A stretch of 64,000 nucleotides of DNA from Sphagnum compactum (Eukaryota): positions 35,082,213 through 35,146,212 of the forward strand of contig OZ234493.1 in the NCBI GenBank assembly GCA_965153455.1, read 5' to 3'. The translations under genes and the position numbers were made by a program. Positions 53,751 to 64,000 of the stretch are shown here, piece by piece. Below the pieces are notes generated by a model. That model was not told where the DNA came from, did not search any database, and saw only the letters and a program-made list of their open reading frames with translations. The stretch's first letter is position 1. Each line of letters starts with the position of its first letter.

Positions 53751-55039
53751 CACTCAAAAGGCCCAATTTTTTTAAGTTTTGGGTTGGGGGGGAAGGATTT
53801 TGTTTTTCATTTTTCCTTTGTTCCCAACATGTTCCTTTCAAGTTCCCAATGGGTTCCCTAAGGGTGTTCCCAATAGCACCTCCCTTTAATTCCATAGCAT
53901 GGACTGGGGAGGGCACAACATTTTTATTCCAGGTTGAAGGAGGGGTTTTTTGCTCAGGAGGTGGTGCTCTTCTGTCTAGGCAGGTTTGCATGAGCCCTAG
54001 TTGGCCTGCTAAGAAAATACCTTTTAAAATGGGAGGTAACTTATATTTGAACACACTGGCCCTTCTCTTTTGGTGGTTTTCTTTTCTAATTGTCACATAT
54101 ATAAGCTAAAATGATGTGTCACGTGGAAGCCCTTATGCTTCTATTTTAAATAGTGGGGATGACATAGCTGCATCCGTCCAAATGGATGACGGGACAGACG
54201 AATTCAGGGGAAGCTTCACGACATCCTTTACTATATATAATCCCTCTTGGGATATTTGCCAATGATGCAAAATCGAAAAAATTATTAAAAAATCAATGGT
54301 TTGTATACATAAAGACAAGGGTTATAATTATAATCTAAAAATATACACAAACATAAAGGTATGTGGAATAGGCTTGTTATGCCTATAAGTGCAAAGAAAA
54401 TGTATATGTTAGATGTATATGTCCAATGAGATTGTTAGAATGGGAGCTTGAAATGAATTTGAAGAGTTAATTTCAACAAACTAACATTTAAATTTTGGAA
54501 TAACCTCATAGGGTTGTTGTGTTTAAAAGCAATGAAAAATCTATGGCCAATGAGATTGTTCAAATCAATGTGGCTTGATTTATTTTTCAAAATTCCCATG
54601 GTGAACTAATACTTACATGTTGTATGTGACGTGTGAATAGCAAAAACTTTTTACAAGCACTTGGGGATTTTAACACATCATTCTCATTTGAACTCTATGG
54701 GCAAACCGTTAACAATTTTTTGCATAATTTCAACTGTGTGACTTGTTCCTTGTATTGATAAATGAAGTTATGGCACAACTTTTTGCGCTTTTTGTTTGAT
54801 CAAAATTAAGAGGGAATCATCCATTTGGGGATGCAGAAAACATGGCAATCATCCCTATCAAAATATAACAAATATAATTATAGACGAAATATGACATACA
54901 AATCTTTAGTGCCTTTTATACCTACAGCTACATGTTGACAACTAAGTATATGAATCATACAACTTTTTATCTCATTTTTTACAATTGGTACCTTCCAAAA
55001 TCACTTCATAATTTTTATTTGTTAATAGAAAAATGATGG

Positions 55040-55660
55040 TATTATATTGTATGGGTGTTCAACTTTTATAATGTGTTCATGGGAACAAATGTCTAGGGCA
55101 CATGAGGTAGTGTGTAATTTTTTGCATCCATTCCTTGCGAAGTTGGTTTCCACATGAAATGGGAGCAATTGCATGCACTTCCTTTTATCATATTCAACTC
55201 CTTTTGTTGACGAATCAACATCATCCTTTCTAAAAAGAGGATTTGCACTTCAAGCGATGTTGTTATAGTTGATCCCAACATATCCAAACTTATTCATCGA
55301 TCTTTTTTTACAGGAGGATTCATTGTTCAAGAGGCAACATAACTAAAAGAAAGCCACTATTTTGCAATTAACACCTAAAAGATCAAATCTTCCTTACAAT
55401 AATGATTAAAACATTTGGATCTTTACATGAACAAGCGGATGTCTATTTACATGATTATGCCAACATGACTTGGGGAAAGAAAAGGTTAAATGGTCCCTCA
55501 CTTTTCATTTCGTTCATTTTTCTTTTGTGAAAAATTTACCCTCGCAATTCAAATATACAAACATCTTCCATCCTAAATTGAATGGTAGTAATGGACTTGA
55601 CCACCTTTTGAATTCCCTTCTCCCAACCCCACCTCCCATTCCTATTGTTGATTTGTTGTA
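55040..55660 (+). mobile_element. Second decayed RLE-type non-LTR retrotransposon 3' fragment
   Basis: Broken frames give ICTSSDVVIVDPN and MIKTFGSLHEQADVYLHD, colinear with the motifs at 41830-42020. Confidence 0.5.
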
Positions 55661-58600
55661 AACATGTGGTTAGGAACTCCATATTAGTCCTTAGTCCAAG
55701 ATGATAGTTCAATTAGAAGCCCCATTTAGAATTTCTATGGGATTTAGTGTTGTCTTTGTTGGAAGGTGCCTAATTCTAAATTACTCAAGTTTAGACTTTT
55801 TATGGGATTTGGTGTCTTATTTTTTAAAGGTGATTCGAGCACTATAAAACCGTATTCCTACTAAACAAATATTCACAAGTGTGTACATAGAGATGTGTCT
55901 CTAGGAAAATAGACCATGTGGATGGTTTTTTGTTTTTTGTTTTGGCAAATAAATGGGGCATTATTTTCTTCCTAGTGGAACCATTTATTGCCAACTGAAA
56001 AACATATATGGTTTTGGCTTGGTGAGCAAGTCATAAAAAACATGTCTATTAAATTTTAAAACATCCAAACTATGGCACCCATGTTTGCTCCTTTCTTCTT
56101 GCCCAAGAGTACTTCCACCCCTCCAAGTTACATACATAGATTGCATGAAAGTTTTCAACCTACAACATCAAAAGTTCCAACACAATTTGTAGTTCTAGAT
56201 TGATGAAATGCAAGCTTAGGTAGGCTAGTAGAAGTGGTTAGGTACTAGATTTTTTTCCATGCATTCATGTACAACTTCAACCCAACATTGTCATCACCCT
56301 AGTCATCACACTGTCAGCCACAAAAAAAATAACACACATGAAAACCAATGTATTTTTTCCAACAAAATTTGTTGTTTTTTAACAAAAAAACTGATTTTTT
56401 TTTATCCTATTGTAAATTCAACTAATTTTGTCAAATTTTATGGAAACTTTTGCCAAATTTTAGAAATCACAAATTTGAAAAAAAACACTGTAATGAAAAG
56501 TGGGAAAAACCTTTGGTAAAATATCTAATGACTTTATGTTATAAATCTGAATAAACCCATCACAAAAATCTTGAAATTTCTTGTGGGCATTTTTTCTATT
56601 GAAATGCCCATGTTTGTTATCATCAATTGTTCTTGTACAACCCTTCAAAATCTTTAATATGTGCATGTCAATCTTAGCCACTAATGGATGTGCAAAATGG
56701 TGACAAGCCATCTACACATATTTGACCCACAAATTATTAATTTTGACCATGAAATTAACTTTTATTTTTTAAAGAAGGTGTTTTGGTGTTTGTTTAAAAT
56801 GTTGGAAATTAAGACATTCATCTTTCAAAATTAAATAAGAAACTTTTTATATGATAAAATCCAATATTTTCTAATGAAGAGACAAAATCAATTATGCACA
56901 TATTAGGAAATATGTATTACCATCCCCATTATCAACATTGAAATGGATGACAAGGTTGATATAATATTATCACAAGCCAATGAAAAGATGAGATCTGGGA
57001 TCAAGTTTGGTACACAAAAGCTTGGACATTAATACTTCTAATTGCATACAAACAAATTATCTTTTAAACCTTTTTATGCAATTGATTTTGAACATTTTTT
57101 TATCAAATGATGTGTTCTAAGTTGTGAGTTATTTTCAATTTATGAGTTGGGATTAATGAGTTTCCTTCTTTAAAGAAAATGGGAAAATTTATAGTGTTGT
57201 GCAAAATTTCTTTTGAATTATTTTTGGAAAAACGTAAAATTTTCAATGTTTTGTTTTAGCAAAAATTCACTTGCCATAGTTGCAAGAGAGAGGTGTGTGT
57301 GTGAAATCTTTGCATACTTCAAATTGTAAGTATTTCACATCCAATAAGGTCTAGGTCATGAAAAGTTTGGGGCTTTAAAAGGTTTTCAATCAAAATGCTT
57401 AGATATGGACCATTTTAAGATGATTATATATATAACAAATGTCCACAACTAATAAGGTAGAGGCATAACTATTTACAACTTTGATTAAAATGCAAACAAT
57501 TGGCTTCACTCTAAAAACAATCTAGTTACCAATTTAAACAAATCTTACTTGACCAAAAAATGGTAACCATATAAGTAATATATCAACTAACATTGCAATT
57601 ACCCAATAGAATTAACTTATTACAACTTCTATAAGGAGTTCCATATGGTGTTTTGGAAATACCAAATTGTTCCTAGGAATTGAAAAAAATAATCTTTGAA
57701 TTTAGCTATGGTTTCAAAATATTCAAATGCACATTCTTGTGGTGCTCTTAGTATGCCATGGATAAGGTGGTTTGTGTAAATTTGCAAAGCTAGTATGAAC
57801 AATATGGCATGTCACTGCTTATATTGGCCAAATTCAAACCAAAACATTGGCTATGAGTGTTATAAGTTTAAAACATTTGCCAACATTTTGAGGAAAAAAT
57901 AAAATTTCAACAAAATTCAACACATTTTAATTGAATTTTAAAACTTTTATTGCATGCATATAAGGGTTATAGTATTGACTTACTACTACTATAATAAAGG
58001 GGTGGCTTCAACACATACTCATTGGACAATTAATTCATTTTGAAGATTCCATTTCAAAAATAAAATATTCTTTCAACTATTTCACCAAAAAAATCATTTT
58101 CCTTCACATAAATTTTTTCTTTGAGAAAAATAATTCTTGAAATTTTCATCTAAAATATATAATTTGTGCTAAAAGGTAATATATAGAGGGTGTTAGAATG
58201 AAAAAAATATGTTATGACCAATGAAATTACTGGATTTGATCATCTAAATTGTTTTTCCTAATTATCTTGTTGTTCAATTTGTAAACATTAGTTTGGTATG
58301 GTTATTTTGATTAATCTTATTTTTGTATACCATTGTGGTCTCAATAAAAACATAAGTGCTTGCAAGGATTTTGAATATCTACCTATTAAAATGGGTGTTT
58401 TTTTGGTATTGCTACAAAGACTTTGACAAAGTGGTGTGCATATTTGTCATTTTGCAATTTTCAAAAAAATGGAGCAAAAGTTATCAAATAAGAATGATTT
58501 TGATATTTGGAAAAGAAATTAAGATTAATTTAACAAAGTTTCATAAGGATTCTAAAATTAAGCCCATTTCAATTGAAGTAGTAATATAATGAGTCACATT

Positions 58601-59827
58601 ACATGAGGTCTAATATATTGGTTGGCCAATGGCATAAAGGCCCACTGGTGAACATGAATATTTAATATCTACATAGTACATACCGATTGGTTTAATATAT
58701 GCACCAAAGTAAGTTCAAAAAGTATGAGAACAAAAACATGTACCACATTCACATCTAAAAGCAATGTTAGGTGTTGTGACTTACATCATTGCTTTAACAC
58801 TTGATCTAACAATATCCCATTCATACCAATAATAATAAAAGGTGGTAAGTGGGAAGCATGGTGGGACCAAATTTTATGCTATGTAACATTGAGTTAATTG
58901 ATTTTTTGTGCCCTCTTTGCATAACATTGCATGAAAAGCTTAAAATCTAAGTTTAATGTTAGAATGAATGTTAATTACGACAGACACATGCATAGTTAGT
59001 ACCACATGTCAACTAGAATTCCACGTCATTGCCAATGCTATTTGACATTAGATATGTGAAAGCAACCCAAATTCAAGAAAATTTAACATTGTCTCACCGT
59101 TGATTTAACACTAAGCGTGAAATGTGCTTTAGCATGGAAGAAGAACAACAAACAAGGGGGAGGAAAAAAAAACTAAGTTAAACATTTTACATGACTAGAT
59201 ATGTAGAGTGTAAAGACCTATAAAAAAAATTTAAAAATATTTCAAGGTAATGTTATATAGTGGAATTTTTCATTTGCAAAATGTGGGTGTCTTACATGCC
59301 ATCTATTTTTTATTTTTTTTTTCACCAAGTATCACAAGAAACAAATGAAGAAAAAAAAAGTAATCTTACGGTTGTATTGTAGGTGTTTACACCAAGTATG
59401 GTCCAAGGAACAATGCATTCCCAAAATAAGCACCATTCCCTTGACTCTCCCTCAAGCATCAAACATGTGATTATTTCAAAAACACATTGCTCCTCAAATG
59501 TTGTTCCTACACCAAATCATTCAAAAAGAAAAACAAGGGTAAATGTGCCCTCATATTTTATGCATTACTAAACATTATAAGCCCTAAACCTCACACATAC
59601 ATATTAAGAGATAAGTAAAAGAAGTTGTAACTTTGTAACCCATTAATCAAGAGGAGTCATTGTGAAGATGAAGCTCCGAGTATGAATATGCAAAGTCTAA
59701 AGGAAGGCCCCAATTAAAATAATGCCCATTACTCCATATGATACATGTTTACTCATACTTCTCAAGGACTCTCTCTCCCTATATTATATTACATATTTTT
59801 CTATCCTATGACATTTTTGTATATATA

Positions 59828-60329
59828 CTAAAATCATCAAAACGGATTAGAATTGAAAAAGTTACAGCCCCCCAAAAGTAAAGGGGACCAAGAACTCAAA
59901 AAAACAAACCACTGAACACTACAAAGCCCATTTTCCATCACCGAAAAAAATTCTTGTATGTTGCTCCCTTGCAATTAGAGTTCAAAGATGATTTGTAAAA
60001 CTGAAGGTGGCGCTCCTATGGCACTTTAAATCATTTAAAATAAACAAGAAATGAAAAAGTTAGAAGGTTTGAAAGTAGGAGGGGTCGAAAAAAAGAAAAG
60101 AGGAAAAAAAAGTGTTTTGTGAGTTGGAAAGCTTACTTTTCTTCTTTCTATTTTTTTCATTACTGGTTTTCATTTGCGCTTCAAAGATGATTTCTATAGC
60201 TTCAGGTGGGGCTCTTGTAACATTTTAAATCACTCAAAATGAAGCATAGATTATGAAGATCTAAAGAAGTGATCAGTGATAGGGCAGGGATCGGTGATGG
60301 GCAGTTCTACCCTAATATCTTCTTATAGA
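59828..60329 (-). mobile_element. Possible small non-autonomous Helitron
   Basis: The minus strand begins A|TCTATAAGAAGATATTAGGG at 60329 (Helitron-like 5' TC after A). The other end shows only TTAG|T at 59828-59831 and no clear hairpin. Confidence 0.35.
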
Positions 60330-61017
60330 TGATCACCACTTTGGTTACAGCACAAGATTGGAAGTAAAACAGTGCTCCTCTTGTCCTCTGCATAACATCA
60401 TTGCATACAAGTAATAATACAAACATTATAATATCAAGTGTCAGGTCCAACTATTGCCAACAATTATCATAATATTTAGAGTTTCTGTAGAGTGGGAATG
60501 ACTGAAAAATGTTCAACTGGCCAATGTTTTTACTACCAGCTGTAAAAACTGTGTTGTAAAAAATGTACCCTCACAATGTTTTTAAACTTGTCTGCACTTT
60601 GAGTGTCTAAAAATTTCTCAGAAAATTTAATGAGATACAAGAAGGATGGCCGGACACCTTTGGTATCCATAACATGCCTTTGGTATACATAGTATGCTAT
60701 ATACACATTAAGGTCTGGGGTCACAGATTATGTCATTTTCTTGATCACGTTATATGACAGAATCTTCCCATGACAATCATACACTCATAATAGTTCCCAA
60801 TTTCTCTGTTGAATTTCTTTAAGAATTGTTGAAACTGCCACCTCAGACCTGAATGTCATGGAATCTTCTCACCCCTTGCCCATTATGTTGGGTGTGTCAC
60901 CAAGGTCACCTTAACACACTCACCTGGCACATTACACAACATAATGGGCAGGAACTTGATTGTCCCATACTCATGGCCAATGTTTTTTTTTAAAAAATTC
61001 TACCGTTGTGTGGTTGG

Positions 61018-63737
61018 TGAGCGTATACCCGGTGCATAATGCACCCGTCGAACTCCCCCCCGCCTGGTCCTTCCCATTGCCCACTCCGGTTCTTTACCCC
61101 GTCGACCCCCCTCGTCCTTCGCATTTTCCACTCCGATTTCTTTAACCCGTTGATCCCCCCCCCGTTCCCCTGTTATATATAATTAACTTCCCGCCCCGTG
61201 CTGGCCCCCCCCCCCCCCGTGTTGCCCCCCCCCCCTTGTGCTGCAAAATCTCTTTGTTCCAGTGACTTTTTTAGTTTGCAATTTTTTGATTTCGCAAATG
61301 TGGCCATTTTTTGCAGGGAAAACTCCTTTCGCACCAGCAAAAACACAAATTTCCCAAGTTTTTCCTTAATTTTTGTACTGCACAAAAACTCACCACTTTG
61401 CTCATATACTTGCTAACATTCACCAAAACTGCACTGGATCTATTCAAAGATCAAATTTTTATACCCTTACCAGGGCAGGTTTAATCCAGGTTGAAGGCTG
61501 AGGATAATGAAATGTTTACTGCAGCTACAAAGGTTGGAGGGAAAGGGCTGAATCCGAGATACTGATGGAGCTTTACCTCAAATTCATCCACCTTAATCCT
61601 CAATTGTTATTTTCTTTTTCTTTTCATCTATTTCATCCTCTTCTCTCCACTCTTCAAACCATCCCCCCCTTCCTGATGTCCAATTAGACATTAACTCTGG
61701 CCTTAGTGACAACATGTGAAGGCAAGAGACTTAATAGTGTACTTCAGACATATTCAAATTAGATCTTCAAGCAGATTCCACAATAGAGATATCTATAAAG
61801 TCACCTTGTCTTCACCCTGTCTTTGGACCTCCTTTCACCCCCTAACCCCTCTTTTAGTGGTATCCGCAAAGTAAGGAAATTTTATAAAATCTCAGTATGA
61901 AATGCTGAAACTCAGTACGAAATGCTCAGTAGCAGCAGTGGAGGCGCTCAAGAAGAAAAGAAAGACAGGGTGTGGTTGCTCTTCTTCTTCTTCTTCTACA
62001 TTAACACTCAAGGGGGGGGGGGGGTGACCAAGCCCTGTCACCCGCTGCTTCACCGGCCTCTCCCTCCCCCACCCCCCAAAACCTCCGTCACAGACAAACT
62101 TACTGAATTAATATATATGACTAGTGTGAACCCGGTGCATAATGCACCCGTCGAGCTCCCCCCCCGCCCGGTCCTTCCCATTGCCCACTCCGGTTCTTTA
62201 CCCCGTCAACCCCCCCCGTCCTTCGCATTTTCCACTTCGATTATTTAACCCGTTGATCCCCCCCCCCCCCCCCGTTCCCCTGTTATATATAATTAACTTC
62301 CCGCCCCGTGTTGGCCCCCCACCTGTAAAAAAACTTATAGGTGGATAGTTATTGAGTCAGGTATTAGGTTGGGTATCTGAAAACTAACTCTTACGCATGA
62401 AAGGGTGGGTATTAGAGATATCCACAAATTCACCATCTTTGGGCCCCCTTTCGCCCCCTAACCCCTCTTTTAGTGGTATCCGTAAAGTAAGGAAATTTTA
62501 TTAAATCTCAATATGGAATGCTGAAACTCAGTACGAAATGCTGAATCTCAGCATTTAATGCACAAGGTTCGAAAGGTTTATAGCAGCTGGACAGGTAGGA
62601 GCAGTGAAAATATATATAGTAGCAGTGGAGCGGCTCAGGAAAAAAGAAAGACAGGGTGAAACTCAGAAAACCATCAAAAATCGCCCATGCTGGCCCCCCC
62701 CCCGCCCCGTTACCAAGCCTTGTCACCCGCTGCTTCACCGGCCTCTCCCTCCCCCACCCCCCAAAACCTCCGTCACAGACAGACTTACTGAATTAATATA
62801 TATGACTAGTGTGAACCCGGTGCATAATGCACCCGTCGAGCTCCCCCCCGCCCGGTCCTTCCCATTGCCCACTCTGGTTCTTTACCCTGTCGACCCCCCC
62901 CCCGTCCTTCGCATTTTCCACTCCGATTCTTTAACCCGTTGATCCCCCCCCCTGTTCCCTTGTTAAATATAATTAACTTCCCGCCCCGTGCTGGCCCCCC
63001 CCGCCCGTGCTAGCCCGGCGAAATTTCATAACTTGTTGAATTTTTTTTCAGGAATGAAACAAACATGAATTTTTTTGGTGATTTAAACATGTTTTCGCCA
63101 TTTTTGAAATAAAACTAATTAATTTAACCAAATCTAGACCCAGGCACATCTTAGGTCGCCACTTGTAGCAGCAATTTTGTAAAAATGCCTAGCAGGACAG
63201 TCCCCATTTAATACTAATTAATGCTTAGGGAACCACTCCAGTGGACCCAGTTGAGGAATTTGAAAAAAACAACCCCGCTTGGTTCTCCCGTTATCTGGCC
63301 CCCCCCCGCCCGTGCTGGCCCCCCCCGCCCTGTCACCTGTCACCCGCTGCTTCACCGACCTCTCCCTCCCCCACCCCCCAAAACCTCCGTCACAGACAGA
63401 CGGACTGTCTGAATTAATATATACTAGTGTGAACCCGGTGCATAATGCACCCGTCGAGCTCCCCCCCGCCCGATCCTTCCCATTGCCCACTCCGGTTCTT
63501 TACCCCGTCGACCCCCCCCCCCCCCCCCGTCCTTCGCATTTTCCACTCCGATTCTTTAACCCGTTGATGCCCCCCCGTTCCCCTGTTATATATAATTAAC
63601 TTCCCGCCCCGTGCTACACCCCCCCCCGGCGTCACCTGTCACACGCTGCTTCACCCGCTGCTTCACTGGCCTCTCCCTCCCCCACCCCCCAAAACCCCCG
63701 TCACAGACAGACGGATTGTCTGAATTAATATATATGA
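61018..63737 (-). mobile_element. Head-to-tail array of four non-autonomous Helitron units with variable interiors
   Basis: The minus-strand 3' end GGGTGCATTATGCACCGGGTTCACACTAG is directly followed by the 5' end TCATATATATTAATTCAG. Junctions at 62120/62121, 62805/62806 and 63423/63424 (TC lost at the last). Units are about 61018-62120, 62121-62805, 62806-63423 and 63424-63737. Confidence 0.85.
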
Positions 63738-64000
63738 CTAGTGGGTACCCGTGACCTTCAGACACTGTGAAGTCCCTTGGTTTCTTTAAACCGAGAAAGA
63801 CACACACAAAGGTGCAAAGCAGCTATTTTTATTTTTATTTTATTTATTTTTTGTGGCGAAAATCCGTTGAAAAGTCCCCCATGAAAACATACATGGTGAA
63901 GCGAGCGTTTTGGAAAATTTCCAAAAAAAAAACTAAATCGCCACATTTACAGGAGGGTGAAAAAAAAGAGTTTTGAAATCGGCACATTTTGAGGAGAAAA
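63738..64000 (-). mobile_element. Probable 3' end of a different Helitron joined to the array, possibly continuing beyond the window
   Basis: CTAG at 63738-63741 abuts the 5' TC of the last unit. The adjacent imperfect hairpin is different (+ strand CCGTGAC-CTTCA-GACACTG). Confidence 0.5.

Larger units (their letters stand above)
50837..54240 (-). mobile_element. Composite non-autonomous Helitron with captured sequences
   Basis: Minus-strand 3' end: hairpin CCTGTGC-ATTAG-GCACAGG, then GTTCAAA, CTAG and T (CTAG at 50837-50840). Further copies of the hairpin at about 51705, 53005 (with CTAG at 52998) and 53131. RepHel helicase fragments lie inside. The probable 5' end is A|TTATATATAGTAAAGG at 54240, where the canonical TC is not intact. 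Confidence 0.8.

Noticed and set aside
56346-56490. Short hAT-like MITE (CAATGTATTTTTT...AAAAAAACACTG)
   Set aside because: The ends are suggestive but no matching 8-bp TSD could be confirmed.
61018-63770. CRISPR array or protein-coding repeat (Pro-rich ORFs 61922-63599)
   Set aside because: The repeats are about 300 bp with Helitron-type termini. The ORFs come from poly-C tracts and change frame between copies.

Overview
Eukaryotic nuclear DNA from an AT-rich, intron-containing land-plant genome. The intron style and repeats suggest a moss such as Sphagnum; this is an inference from recalled patterns and was not searched. Four apparently intact + strand genes were spliced by hand: symplekin/ESP4-like (27 coding exons, 3922-17383, about 1344 aa, two GC-AG introns), a short secreted phytocyanin of early-nodulin-like type (19327-20276), a single-B3-domain protein with an intron-free CDS (31335-32222) and a plastid threonine synthase (43447-46417, one intron). 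The intergenic DNA is largely decayed transposon sequence: a PIF/Harbinger transposase relic, hAT-, Tourist- and Stowaway-type MITEs, LTR fragments and RLE-type non-LTR retrotransposon relics. The most striking structures are Helitron-related and lie on the minus strand. (i) A composite element at about 50837-54240 has four stacked 3' terminal hairpins, RepHel helicase fragments and a captured, stop-disrupted bacterial-type GH63 (mannosylglycerate hydrolase-like) fragment. (ii) An array at about 61018-63770 consists of small GC-rich Helitron units joined head-to-tail (3' CTAG abutting 5' TC), in which different cargo sequences sit at the same internal poly-C site, giving a repeat/variable-insert architecture. 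No CRISPR array, rRNA or intact tRNA gene was found. All coordinates were read manually and family assignments rest on remembered motifs, not database hits.
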